Source: Leptospira sp. (GTDB lineage: Bacteria > Spirochaetota > Leptospiria > Leptospirales > Leptospiraceae). From it: a stretch of 64,000 bases of DNA. Numbering within the stretch: position 1 is the stretch's first letter; the number at the start of each line of letters is the position of its first letter. Location: the NCBI GenBank assembly GCA_034439575.1, contig JAWXAQ010000027.1:352001-416000 (forward strand). Direction: 5' to 3'. Made by a program: the position numbers and the translations under genes. This document shows positions 1-9,409 of this stretch, one piece after another. The notes below the pieces were generated by a model. It did not search any database, was not told the origin of the DNA, and worked only from the letters and a program-made list of their open reading frames with translations.

Positions 1-1337
1 TTGTTTCCGTTTTATTTTATGCGGCTTGGTCAATTCCCTTCGCGTTTCATTTTCTTGCCATAGTCATTATAAATCATTTTGCTAATATACAAATTCAGAA
101 GAATCAAAAATCCAAGTGGTTTTATTCGATTCTGATTTTAAATTTTGGAAATCTTTTTCTGTTTAAATATTTCTATTTTGTTTGGGATAGTCTATTATAT
201 ATCACTGCTTCGCCACTATATTCACCTGAACATATTCGTTCCTTTCTTGAAAGTCAATTTGGTTTTGAATCAATCACTTTGCCTCTAGCCATTAGCTTTT
301 ATTCATTTCAAATGATAGCCTATACTATCGATGTTAAACGAGGCGAAGCTAAAGAAAATCCGAATTTTTTACAATTTGCACTATTTATATTTTTCTTTCC
401 CCAATTAGTAGCAGGACCGATAGTCAGGCATGGAGAATTTTTTCACCAATTGCAAAATTGGGAAGTTAAAAAACATCAGTTATTCGAAGGTCTTTATCTA
501 GTTTTTTTAGGATTAATAAAAAAAGTTGTGGTCGCTGATAATTTAGCGCAAGTTACAGATCCTATATTTTTTAATCCAAATTCTTTTGATGGTGTGTCCA
601 ATGGAATGGCTCTTGTTGGCTTTGCTTGTCGTGCCTATTGTGACTTTTCTGGATATACAGACCTTGCCCGTGGTCTTGGTAAACTGCTCGGTATAGATTT
701 GCCAGAAAATTTCAAGGCTCCGTTTTTGGCTTCTTCAATCAGTGAAGTTTGGACTAGATGGCATATGACGCTTGCTAGCTGGATTCGTGATTATATTTAT
801 ATACCACTTGGCGGATCAAGAGTAAACGAAATTAGATCCTATTTTAATTTACTCCTAACTTTTTCCCTCACTGGGCTTTGGCATGGAGCCAATATAACTT
901 TTTTTCTATGGGGATTTTCCCACGGTACACTATTATGTTTGGAGAGAAAGTGGAATCTATTTAGAAAAGCAAAGGGTGGAGATATCAATCTTCCTTTGCC
1001 AATGTATAGAAAAATTTTAGGAATTATTTATGCATTTGGTTTCTTTAGCCTAACAACCGCATTCTTTAATGCAAGTAATGTGAGTATATCAAAGTTTTTA
1101 TTAAAAAATACTTTTCTTGGAAACGTAGGTTTAAGAACCCCGAAATTAGAATTACTTTTTTATTCACTCATCTTAACATATTTGTTTAACTATTTACAAT
1201 TGAAGGAAAGTTTTCCAAGAAAAGAATGGTCAACTTTGAAAAGTATTAGTTTTCTTTTTGTCTTTGGATTTGTTTCCTTAATTCTTCTCGGTTATCTGGC
1301 ACCTGGAGGCACTGAATTTATTTATTTTCAGTTTTAA
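1..1337 (+). CDS. MBOAT family membrane-bound O-acyltransferase (AlgI/DltB-like), 5'-truncated by the window edge
   Basis: Frame is open from position 3 (VSVLFYAAWS...NLFLFKYF...LPLAISFYSFQ), so the gene starts before the window rather than at 279. Motifs FFPQLVAGPI, YCDFSGYTD, WTRWHMTL, GLWHGA (catalytic His). Confidence 0.93.
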   Translation, partial: VSVLFYAAWSIPFAFHFLAIVIINHFANIQIQKNQKSKWFYSILILNFGNLFLFKYFYFVWDSLLYITASPLYSPEHIRSFLESQFGFESITLPLAISFYSFQMIAYTIDVKRGEAKENPNFLQFALFIFFFPQLVAGPIVRHGEFFHQLQNWEVKKHQLFEGLYLVFLGLIKKVVVADNLAQVTDPIFFNPNSFDGVSNGMALVGFACRAYCDFSGYTDLARGLGKLLGIDLPENFKAPFLASSISEVWTRWHMTLASWIRDYIYIPLGGSRVNEIRSYFNLLLTFSLTGLWHGANITFFLWGFSHGTLLCLERKWNLFRKAKGGDINLPLPMYRKILGIIYAFGFFSLTTAFFNASNVSISKFLLKNTFLGNVGLRTPKLELLFYSLILTYLFNYLQLKESFPRKEWSTLKSISFLFVFGFVSLILLGYLAPGGTEFIYFQF

Positions 1338-1341
1338 ATTT

Positions 1342-2481
1342 ATGAAGAAACAAAATATTACAATTATTCTTTATCCCATTCTGATTTGTTTCACTTTGTT
1401 TTTATTTGATAAGATTTTTTTTCTTCCCATCATTGTAGAAAATACGCATAGTTGGAAAAAAATCGAGCGTTCCTTTTATGATTATAAAGAGGATTTGTAT
1501 GAAGTAATGCTAACAAATCATAAAAAAAACCCTGATCGTAAAATTGGTGTTATACTGGGAAGTTCTCGTTCTGGTGAATTTGATAATTTAGCGATACGCA
1601 AATTATTAAATGATACTGACACTTATAATTTCGCCGCACCATTTGGACCGATTTCTTTTCAATACTATTGGATGGAACGCATTCAAAAAGAAAATTTACC
1701 AATCTCTTTTTTTATGGTGGAACTTGATCCTTTATTATTTACAAAGTCAGCCATCACATATTCGTTAAATGGTTCATATGATTGGCGTTTTGTATTGGGA
1801 AATACAGATTTTTATAGAGAAAATACGCAAAATCTGTGGAATGTAGAAAGTTCTGGATTTTCCGTAGATGAATCAGAAACATACTTTTTGAAGAAATTTT
1901 TTGCTTTATATAAGTATCCCATCGACTTCGGAGCGATCAAGGCAAATAACCAAGAATTAGAAGTAGGTTTTTTCCCAGGACTAAGTGCAGGCATTACTGG
2001 CAAAGAACACAAAAGAGAATTCCTTAAAAAAATCAAAGTCGCCAATCGAGAGTTACTTGGTGCTATGCCCAATGAAATTAAATTTGCCAATGCTGATTTT
2101 TTCTTAGAAAAAGATGCTGAAAATATTTTTAATACACATATGAATCCATATAAAATATCTTTAACACAAATATATTTTTTTAAACGTATGTTAAAGCTTA
2201 TGGAAAATAAAAATATTCCAGTTATTTTTTATTACCCAGTTGTAGCAAATGCTTTAAAAACAAAAATGGAGAAGGGTGGTATCTTAGATGATTTTAATCA
2301 CCAAACATCCACATTAATTCTTAAATCAAAAGAGAATAAAAATACCAAGTTTTATATTGTCGATCCAAGTATTAATAAAAATTGGACATGCCGTGATTTT
2401 GTGGATGCTTTGCACTTAAGTGGTGCTTGTTTTTCAAATCTATTGCCGATTCTTTTTCCTGTAGAACTTAGGAATCAATAG
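1342..2481 (+). CDS. DUF1574-like / SGNH-like extracytoplasmic protein, partner of the MBOAT
   Basis: N-terminal TM helix, GSSR block-I-like motif, C-terminal DALH (DxxH); 4 nt after the MBOAT stop. Confidence 0.7.
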   Translation: MKKQNITIILYPILICFTLFLFDKIFFLPIIVENTHSWKKIERSFYDYKEDLYEVMLTNHKKNPDRKIGVILGSSRSGEFDNLAIRKLLNDTDTYNFAAPFGPISFQYYWMERIQKENLPISFFMVELDPLLFTKSAITYSLNGSYDWRFVLGNTDFYRENTQNLWNVESSGFSVDESETYFLKKFFALYKYPIDFGAIKANNQELEVGFFPGLSAGITGKEHKREFLKKIKVANRELLGAMPNEIKFANADFFLEKDAENIFNTHMNPYKISLTQIYFFKRMLKLMENKNIPVIFYYPVVANALKTKMEKGGILDDFNHQTSTLILKSKENKNTKFYIVDPSINKNWTCRDFVDALHLSGACFSNLLPILFPVELRNQ

Positions 2482-3082
2482 AATTATCTACGATTTTTCT
2501 TCTTCTTTTTAAGTATGGTAATTGGTAAAAATTATAAATAAAATAATAACCAAATGTAGTTAACAGGAAATAGGTGGGTATGATAAAGATTTCTAATTTT
2601 TCAAAGATGTTATTTTGTATGTTTTGTTCTTCAGCATAAACTGAGCTAAAAATGAGAATGGAAGAATAAAAGAATAAGGACAATAATAAGTAGAGAGTAG
2701 TAGATTTCAAAAGCCAAAGAGTATCACTCAAATCATATTTAAAATTTTGAAACTCTTCAAAGATGACTTTATAAGACTTTTGGTGGTTTTGTTTGTAAAT
2801 GGAATATGCTTCCAAGATGTCTTCATCTTTTGGTTTTCCATCCAAGAGTACAAATTCAAAATCCAAACCTCTATCATACTTTTCACGCATGGAAGGGTTA
2901 GTAAGCACAGAATAAGCATAATTTAATTCGATTATCTTTTCTTTCACTAATTCCGGAGAATACGTTTCCAGTTTTTCCCAAAATTCCCTTAAGGCTAGGA
3001 ACTGAGTCCGAATTTCGCTTAGATTTGCCGTTCGTTCCATCCCAAGGATCTCATATAAAGTTTCTTTTCTGACAAGCGACAT
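2468..3082 (-). CDS. J-domain-like membrane protein lacking HPD
   Basis: LYEILG...A..SEI...[20 protein letters not shown]-domain signature; two C-terminal hydrophobic helices. Confidence 0.75.
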   Translation of the reverse strand: MSLVRKETLYEILGMERTANLSEIRTQFLALREFWEKLETYSPELVKEKIIELNYAYSVLTNPSMREKYDRGLDFEFVLLDGKPKDEDILEAYSIYKQNHQKSYKVIFEEFQNFKYDLSDTLWLLKSTTLYLLLSLFFYSSILIFSSVYAEEQNIQNNIFEKLEIFIIPTYFLLTTFGYYFIYNFYQLPYLKRRRKIVDNSIDS

Positions 3083-3171
3083 ACGTGATAGAGACTGACT
3101 TAGGACTTTCTCCTGTCAATTCCGTCTTGATCTTTGCTTTACAACTTCAATTTTCGAAAAATGATAGAATT

Positions 3172-4554
3172 ATGAGCCTTTCTACCGAACTAAACCTCAA
3201 TCCCGATATCCAAATACCAAGTCTCGGGCGTGTGTTTGTTGAAACCTATGGTTGTCAAATGAACGAATACGATTCTGGGATAGTGAAAGAACTCTTTCGA
3301 AAAGAAAATTATGAAAATGCCAATAGCATTGAAGACTCAGACATTATTTTTTTAAACACTTGTGCGGTGAGAGAAAATGCTCATGCAAAAATATATGGTC
3401 GACTTCAATCCCTTGGGTATTTGAAAAAAAAGAATCCAAATCTAGTCATTGGTGTGCTCGGATGTATGGCTCAGAATTTGGGCGATGATTTATTTAACCA
3501 GGAATTGCCTTTAGATTTAATTGTTGGACCTGATAATTATAGGTCTTTACCTGAACTAATACAAAAAATACGAACTGGGGAAAGAGATGTCCAACTAACA
3601 AGACTTTCTAAAACGGAAACCTATGATGAATTGGAACCACGTGTTGTAAATGGCATTCAAGCATTTGTAACGATTATGCGAGGATGTAATAATTTTTGTA
3701 CATTCTGTGTTGTGCCATATACACGCGGAAGAGAAAGAAGTAGGGAACCTGAATCTATACTCACAGAAATTAAGAAACTAGAAGAGATAGGTGTCAAACA
3801 GGTCACCTTACTTGGGCAAAATGTAAATAGTTATGAATATGAATCAAATGATTTTGCTTCTCTCGTAGAACATATATTAAACAATACAAATATTGAAAGA
3901 CTAAGATTTACATCTCCTCATCCAAAAGATTTTCCCGTACATTTGATTGATTTGATGGCGAAAGAGGAGAGGTTTTCTTCGCAGATCCATCTTCCACTCC
4001 AAGCGGGAAATGATAAAGTTCTAAGAGATATGAAACGAAGTTATACTAAGTCTGAATACTTAGAACTAGTTCAATTGATTAAAAAAACAATTCCTGATGT
4101 AGGAATTACGACTGACATCATAGTCGGATTTCCAGGGGAAACCAAAGAAGAATTCGAAGAAACCTTAGAAGTTGTGCGAACTGTTGGTTATGATATGGCT
4201 TATATGTTTAAGTATTCCGAAAGGGAAGGCACGATCGCAAAACGAAAATTTGTTGATGATGTCCCTGAGGAAGAAAAGTCTCGTAGACTTATTGAACTTG
4301 TTGATTTACAAAGTTCCATTTCATTAAAAAAGAATCAGGAAAAAATTGGAAATATTTTTGAAGTTTTAATAGAAAATACTTCAAAAAAGAGTAAACTTGA
4401 GTTATGCGGAAGATCGCATTGCGGTAGAATGATCGTTTTTCCTATACCAGAAGGGGAAAAAACGGATTTGGACTTTTGGATTGGGAAAAAAATTAACGTC
4501 AAGATTCATTCTGTAACGAGCGCTACATTAAGAGGTACGGTGTTTGGAGGATAA
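3172..4554 (+). CDS. miaB: tRNA-2-methylthio-N6-dimethylallyladenosine synthase MiaB
   Basis: [21 protein letters not shown], radical-SAM CNNFCTFC, C-terminal TRAM-like domain. ATG 3172 preferred to GTG 3085. Confidence 0.95.
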   Translation: MSLSTELNLNPDIQIPSLGRVFVETYGCQMNEYDSGIVKELFRKENYENANSIEDSDIIFLNTCAVRENAHAKIYGRLQSLGYLKKKNPNLVIGVLGCMAQNLGDDLFNQELPLDLIVGPDNYRSLPELIQKIRTGERDVQLTRLSKTETYDELEPRVVNGIQAFVTIMRGCNNFCTFCVVPYTRGRERSREPESILTEIKKLEEIGVKQVTLLGQNVNSYEYESNDFASLVEHILNNTNIERLRFTSPHPKDFPVHLIDLMAKEERFSSQIHLPLQAGNDKVLRDMKRSYTKSEYLELVQLIKKTIPDVGITTDIIVGFPGETKEEFEETLEVVRTVGYDMAYMFKYSEREGTIAKRKFVDDVPEEEKSRRLIELVDLQSSISLKKNQEKIGNIFEVLIENTSKKSKLELCGRSHCGRMIVFPIPEGEKTDLDFWIGKKINVKIHSVTSATLRGTVFGG

Positions 4555-6151
4555 TTCAAAAAAGATTGACCTCAGGTCGGTTCGTGTCTTTTCAAAAGAT
4601 GACCTTCCACCTGGTTTTGTTGTTGATACAGATCGTGGCGGGAAATTTAAAAAATTTAAGCCACCAATCTTAAGAATTTACATTTTAAAAGAAATCCTCA
4701 GTCCTTTTCTTGTCGCTCTGTCTTTTTTTACCATGATTTATATGGCTGTTGCCATTCAAAAAATGATTGGTCTCTTTGTTGGCAAGGGTATCGATTTTTT
4801 TCGCTTACTTGATTATATGGGTTATGTATTTGGTAATACTTTGCCCATGACGATTCCCATGGCATGTTTGATGTCTGGAATTATGGCCGCAGGACGTTTA
4901 TCAGGTGATTCTGAAATTACGGCTATGCGAGCATCAGGTGTTTCATTTCCATCAATATATTCAAATTTTCTAATATTTGGATTTGTAATGACTTTGATAG
5001 TTGCCTATTTAAATTTTTATTTAGGTCCAGAAAATACTCGGAAAATGAAAGAATTTGATAACTGGATCGCCACATACAATCCTTTACTTGCGATTCAACC
5101 AGGTCAGTTTTCAGGTGATAAAACTCAGGATTTGTTTGCCGAAAAAGGTCGCACAATGTATTCAGGTGGTGTGGACAATGAGGGAAACCTCAGCAAAGTA
5201 CAAATTCGGGAATGGCAAATTTCAGCCAGTGGAACGGATTATATCATATTAAATAATTTAATGGTACCTATGGGTGGCTCAAGAGTCATTCAAATTATCA
5301 ATGCAAACGAAGGTATGTTAGTCGAGAAAAAAAATCCCAAAGGTGAGTATGAAAAATCCATACGATTAAAAAAAGGATTTGTCATCGAATGGAATACCGA
5401 AACGGAAGGGGTCAGCGTTACTAATTTTTTGAATGGAGAGATGGATTACAATGTCCCGACCAAAAAAGAAACCAAAACTTTAGGAATCAATGTCAAACCA
5501 GATACCTTTTCTTTACCTATGTTATTGCACATTAGGGCTGCCATGGAAAGTGAAGGTTTGGAAAAAATCCCTGGCTTAGAGATGTTAAACGAAATGGGTA
5601 TGTCCATTAAAGGTGTGAATGGACTGAACCAAATAGTAGAAAAATTAAAAATGGAAATTTTATTGGGTTCGCAAGGTGGAACAACTGACCAAACCGAACT
5701 CACTCAAAAATTTGCCGTGTTTTCGCAGTTAAGTGAACTATTAAATGAGTCCAAAAAAACCTTAACAGCTTTTAACATCGAAGTTCATAAAAGATTTGCC
5801 ACTCCACTATCCTGTCAAATTTTCTTCTTTCTTTCCTTCCCTCTGGGCTTAGTCGTTAAGCGATCTGGTAAAGGTATGAGTTTTACCTTAGCTGTAGTTT
5901 TTTTACTCATCTACTATTTATTTTTTATTTTTGGAACAGGAATCTCTTACAAGGCAAATGTTCCAGATTGGCTCGGGCCCTGGTCTGCAAATATCGTCAT
6001 CTCCCTTATTTCTGGCTACATAATGGTAACAAGAACCGATGCCAAACTTCCAGATTCGATTCGCAGTAAATTAGGTTTCTATTTTAGAACCAAAGAAAGA
6101 ATCGAAACATTTTTCGAAAAATTAAAAAATCGCATAAAGAAATCAAAATGA
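4544..6151 (+). CDS. LptF/LptG family LPS export permease
   Basis: [31 protein letters not shown]-terminal [12 protein letters not shown]...PLG and WSAN motifs; 3+3 TM layout. Confidence 0.88.
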   Translation: MEDNSKKIDLRSVRVFSKDDLPPGFVVDTDRGGKFKKFKPPILRIYILKEILSPFLVALSFFTMIYMAVAIQKMIGLFVGKGIDFFRLLDYMGYVFGNTLPMTIPMACLMSGIMAAGRLSGDSEITAMRASGVSFPSIYSNFLIFGFVMTLIVAYLNFYLGPENTRKMKEFDNWIATYNPLLAIQPGQFSGDKTQDLFAEKGRTMYSGGVDNEGNLSKVQIREWQISASGTDYIILNNLMVPMGGSRVIQIINANEGMLVEKKNPKGEYEKSIRLKKGFVIEWNTETEGVSVTNFLNGEMDYNVPTKKETKTLGINVKPDTFSLPMLLHIRAAMESEGLEKIPGLEMLNEMGMSIKGVNGLNQIVEKLKMEILLGSQGGTTDQTELTQKFAVFSQLSELLNESKKTLTAFNIEVHKRFATPLSCQIFFFLSFPLGLVVKRSGKGMSFTLAVVFLLIYYLFFIFGTGISYKANVPDWLGPWSANIVISLISGYIMVTRTDAKLPDSIRSKLGFYFRTKERIETFFEKLKNRIKKSK

Positions 6152-6227
6152 TGTAAATTTTGCTGGAAAATTCCCATATTTCTTTGTCCAATTAGAATTA
6201 TATTAGATCTTCGTTGGAGTGTAATCT

Positions 6228-7058
6228 TTGAAAACCTCACTTATTTGGAATGTCTCGGAAAATCGTCCATTTCCACTCGAATTATGGAAACACCCGAAAA
6301 TCAAAATCCAAGTGAATCAAATCAATATTGCGGATATTGATAAAATCAAACTATCTTCCAATGAATTTAATTTTCTTTTTCTGCAAGTCTCAGGGGCGGA
6401 ATGGGAAAAGTTAAAACCGACCTTGAAAAAAGAATTCGACCTGCAGCCATTTTTATCTCTTATCATAGTTCACTCCGGTGATGCTTCTGAAAAAATTTAT
6501 GAAGAAGTAAAATCTAGTTCCAAATACCTTGTTTTACAAAATCCATTACATACTCGTGAATTACGAATCATCCTAGATCGTTGTATACAGACAGAATTTT
6601 ACAAATCAGCAGCTCTTGATATTGGCAATAGCTGTTTAGAAAACGTAGGATTTTTTGAAGGCGTATTTTCCCTAGCTCATAAAGAATACGAAGATTCCAA
6701 AATGGAAAATTCTGCTTTAAAATCAATTTTAGATTATGAAGAGCAGGTTAAAAAATCACAAATTGGCATCAATACCGCAATGGATAAAGTGACTGATTTA
6801 AAAAATCAGGAATTGATTGAGTTACACGAAAGAGTTAAGGCAAGCGAACAATTGGACCTTTTGAGAGAGACCGAATTAAAACAAGCTCTTGAAATTCAGA
6901 AAGCCACAGAACAAGTATTAAATTATTCTCGTATCGAAGAAATGCAATTGGATCGTATTTTAAAAGCGCAAGACAGATTGTTTGAATACACTGAATCTGA
7001 AATACGAGACCTGATTGAAGAAAATAAAAGATTAAAACAACAATTGGGTTTAAAATAA
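6228..7058 (+). CDS. Hypothetical protein (alpha/beta, possibly degenerate receiver-like N-terminus plus long coiled coil)
   Basis: 276-aa ORF, TTG start preceded by GGAG; E/K/Q/L-rich heptad C-terminal half. Confidence 0.7.
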   Translation: MKTSLIWNVSENRPFPLELWKHPKIKIQVNQINIADIDKIKLSSNEFNFLFLQVSGAEWEKLKPTLKKEFDLQPFLSLIIVHSGDASEKIYEEVKSSSKYLVLQNPLHTRELRIILDRCIQTEFYKSAALDIGNSCLENVGFFEGVFSLAHKEYEDSKMENSALKSILDYEEQVKKSQIGINTAMDKVTDLKNQELIELHERVKASEQLDLLRETELKQALEIQKATEQVLNYSRIEEMQLDRILKAQDRLFEYTESEIRDLIEENKRLKQQLGLK

Positions 7059-7059
7059 T

Positions 7060-7839
7060 CTAAATATCTTTAGCAACTTTTTCTTCAATCGCAGTATATT
7101 CTTTAGATTCTCTTCCATAATGAAGTTCTGCAAATCGTAATAGGTGTTTCTTTTTACTTTCTTTAAATTCATCTGCCATTTCTGAGTTTTTACCTTTTAA
7201 GGCATTAGATTCTAACTTTTCATAAGCGAGAGCTAACATTCGATGAGGTTCTGCTTCCTTTTCATGTTTTTCAGATAAAGCAATGTATCTTTCCAAAAAA
7301 TCAGCAGATTGAAAATAATTTTTGAATGCATCTTGGTGTTTTATGTATTCTCTATAAAGTCCAGCTTTTAAATCCAAATAAGGCTCACTTGCCTTTACTT
7401 TGGGATTTTGAATTTTATCTAATATCGCCATACCTCGAATGAGTTTCGTATTAGCATTGTTACGTGCATCGCTTTGCATTTTTGACAAATTCTTTTCGAG
7501 ATTATCATTTCGCGTTTTTTTTTGCCATTCGTAGCGATCTTCATAATAAACTATTTTTTTGGCATCATCGCGTTTTTTTTGAATGGTTTTTAATGCGTTT
7601 TCGAATCCTTCGATGGCTAAAGAATATTCTTTGTTCGCATCCTTCCAGCGTTTTTGGGAACTCGATTCATCTACTAAATCTAGAATTTCAATTTCTTTAA
7701 ATCTTTCTGGACCATCACCCCAGGGACTTCCTTTTTCTGGGGTTCCTGGAAGAATTTGTTCCACCTTTGTATCTGCCAAAATAGGAAAATGAAAACTTAT
7801 GAGAAAGAGTAGAAAGAATGAAGATTTTTTAGAGAACAT
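7060..7839 (-). CDS. FcpA-related putative periplasmic flagellar sheath protein
   Basis: Signal peptide; segments EDRYEWQKKTR, LDKIQNP, LERYIAL..EKE..PHRMLA and HLLRFAELHYGRESKEY parallel Leptospira FcpA as I recall it. Confidence 0.75.
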   Translation of the reverse strand: MFSKKSSFFLLFLISFHFPILADTKVEQILPGTPEKGSPWGDGPERFKEIEILDLVDESSSQKRWKDANKEYSLAIEGFENALKTIQKKRDDAKKIVYYEDRYEWQKKTRNDNLEKNLSKMQSDARNNANTKLIRGMAILDKIQNPKVKASEPYLDLKAGLYREYIKHQDAFKNYFQSADFLERYIALSEKHEKEAEPHRMLALAYEKLESNALKGKNSEMADEFKESKKKHLLRFAELHYGRESKEYTAIEEKVAKDI

Positions 7840-7906
7840 TAACCAATCCTTGGTTCATAAGTAAAACTTTCCTTGTATCCAGGAACTTGGCAAGAACTAT
7901 CATTCT

Positions 7907-8362
7907 ATGGCTTTGATTCAACGAAAAATGGAAATAGTAAAGAATATCGTTTTGATCGCACATGATAATAGAAAGGAAGATTTATTGGAATGGGTGCATT
8001 TTAATAAAGGCACTCTTTCCAAACATCATCTTTCTGCCACGGGCACAACCGGTAAATTGATCCAAGAAAAAACACAATTGCCGGTGTATCGATTTATATC
8101 AGGACCACTTGGTGGGGACCAACAAATTGGTGCTAAAATTGTAGAAGATGGAATTGATTTTATGGTATTTTTTTGGGATCCATTGACCGCACAACCGCAT
8201 GATCCAGATGTAAAAGCTTTGTTAAGAATTGCTGTATTGTACAATATTCCTATGGCATGCAATAGATCGAGTGCTGATTTTCTAATTTCCTCTCCCTTAA
8301 TGGAGAAGGAATACAATCTCCAATTAATCGATTACGGAAATCGAATACCCGCAAAACATTAA
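7907..8362 (+). CDS. mgsA: Methylglyoxal synthase
   Basis: LIAHD..K, ATGTTG, SGPLGGDQQIGA, FFWDPL...PHDPDVKALLR. Confidence 0.96.
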   Translation: MALIQRKMEIVKNIVLIAHDNRKEDLLEWVHFNKGTLSKHHLSATGTTGKLIQEKTQLPVYRFISGPLGGDQQIGAKIVEDGIDFMVFFWDPLTAQPHDPDVKALLRIAVLYNIPMACNRSSADFLISSPLMEKEYNLQLIDYGNRIPAKH

Positions 8363-8800
8363 TTTAGATTTTGTATTCAAAAATTTAGCAGTTGCTTGGT
8401 GCCTATTTTTGAACTGTTTTTTAAGTATCGGAAGGATAAACCATTTTGATATGGGCCAAAGGTAAAAATCTAATTTGATCTGATCGATTAATTTAGATTT
8501 GTCTTTTGATATTTCTTTAAATATATGAGAATGTTCAAATTCTAAAAATGGTCCAGATATTTGCTTATCTATAAACAATTCATTTTTCACATAAGCAATA
8601 TGTTTGGCGATCCATTTGATTTTAAATATTGAAACGAGTAAAATGGCAGTTTCCCCAATCATTAATGAATTTGGTTTTTGTAAAACTACCACACCTGGCG
8701 CTTGGTTTACCAGAGTATCAAATCCATCTTTACTTTCATGAAATCCAAACAACGTATCTCTAGAAATTTCAAATTCAGATTGGCAAATAAAATAAGTCAT
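8324..8800 (-). CDS. SRPBCC family protein
   Basis: FGFH, W.AKH...F.DKQISGPF..FEHSHIF...LIDQI pattern. ATG 8800 preferred. Confidence 0.8.
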   Translation of the reverse strand: MTYFICQSEFEISRDTLFGFHESKDGFDTLVNQAPGVVVLQKPNSLMIGETAILLVSIFKIKWIAKHIAYVKNELFIDKQISGPFLEFEHSHIFKEISKDKSKLIDQIKLDFYLWPISKWFILPILKKQFKNRHQATAKFLNTKSKLMFCGYSISVID

Positions 8801-8818
8801 AATTAATCTAAAGAGAAT

Positions 8819-9409
8819 ATGAAACAAAGCCTTTTCAAGACTATAATCAGATTATTTCAAAATAAATCTTTATCAGATATAAATTTAGATGATAATGCGA
8901 TAGAAAGATTAAAGGAAGAAGAGAAAAAGCAAAATAAACCGATAACATTGGAAGTCCAAATCAAAAGAGACAGAAACTTGAGCGGGAATGTGTTTGTTGG
9001 GTTTATTGATAAATTAAAATCCGGAGTTGGTTTGATTCAAATCCATCCAAATGATTTAGATATTTTACAAGGAGGGAATATTTCTTATAGTAAGGAAGAA
9101 GGTAAGTTTTTATATTTCCCCAATGTTGATTTAAAATGGGAAATCACTCCGAATCCACAAATTCATAAAATAGTTTCGAACAAACTTTTTACCAATATTG
9201 GTAAGACATGGAATTCGGAATATAAATCTGCATCATTACTAGTTTATGATTTGTTATCTTTGGAAAATGTAACTTCATTGTATGCAAATGAATATGACTT
9301 ACAAATTGAATTTAAAAATAAAAATATCACTCCCGAATTAGAAGAGGAAATTTCAGAAATAATTCTTAATTATTTTTCGAACCTTTATCCTCGGTTAGAT
9401 GAACAGTAA
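8819..9409 (+). CDS. Hypothetical protein with a C-terminal NifU/Nfu N-terminal-like domain
   Basis: EITPNPQIHKI...SLLVYDLLSLENVTSLY...EEISEIILNYF resembles Nfu_N. Confidence 0.6.
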   Translation: MKQSLFKTIIRLFQNKSLSDINLDDNAIERLKEEEKKQNKPITLEVQIKRDRNLSGNVFVGFIDKLKSGVGLIQIHPNDLDILQGGNISYSKEEGKFLYFPNVDLKWEITPNPQIHKIVSNKLFTNIGKTWNSEYKSASLLVYDLLSLENVTSLYANEYDLQIEFKNKNITPELEEEISEIILNYFSNLYPRLDEQ

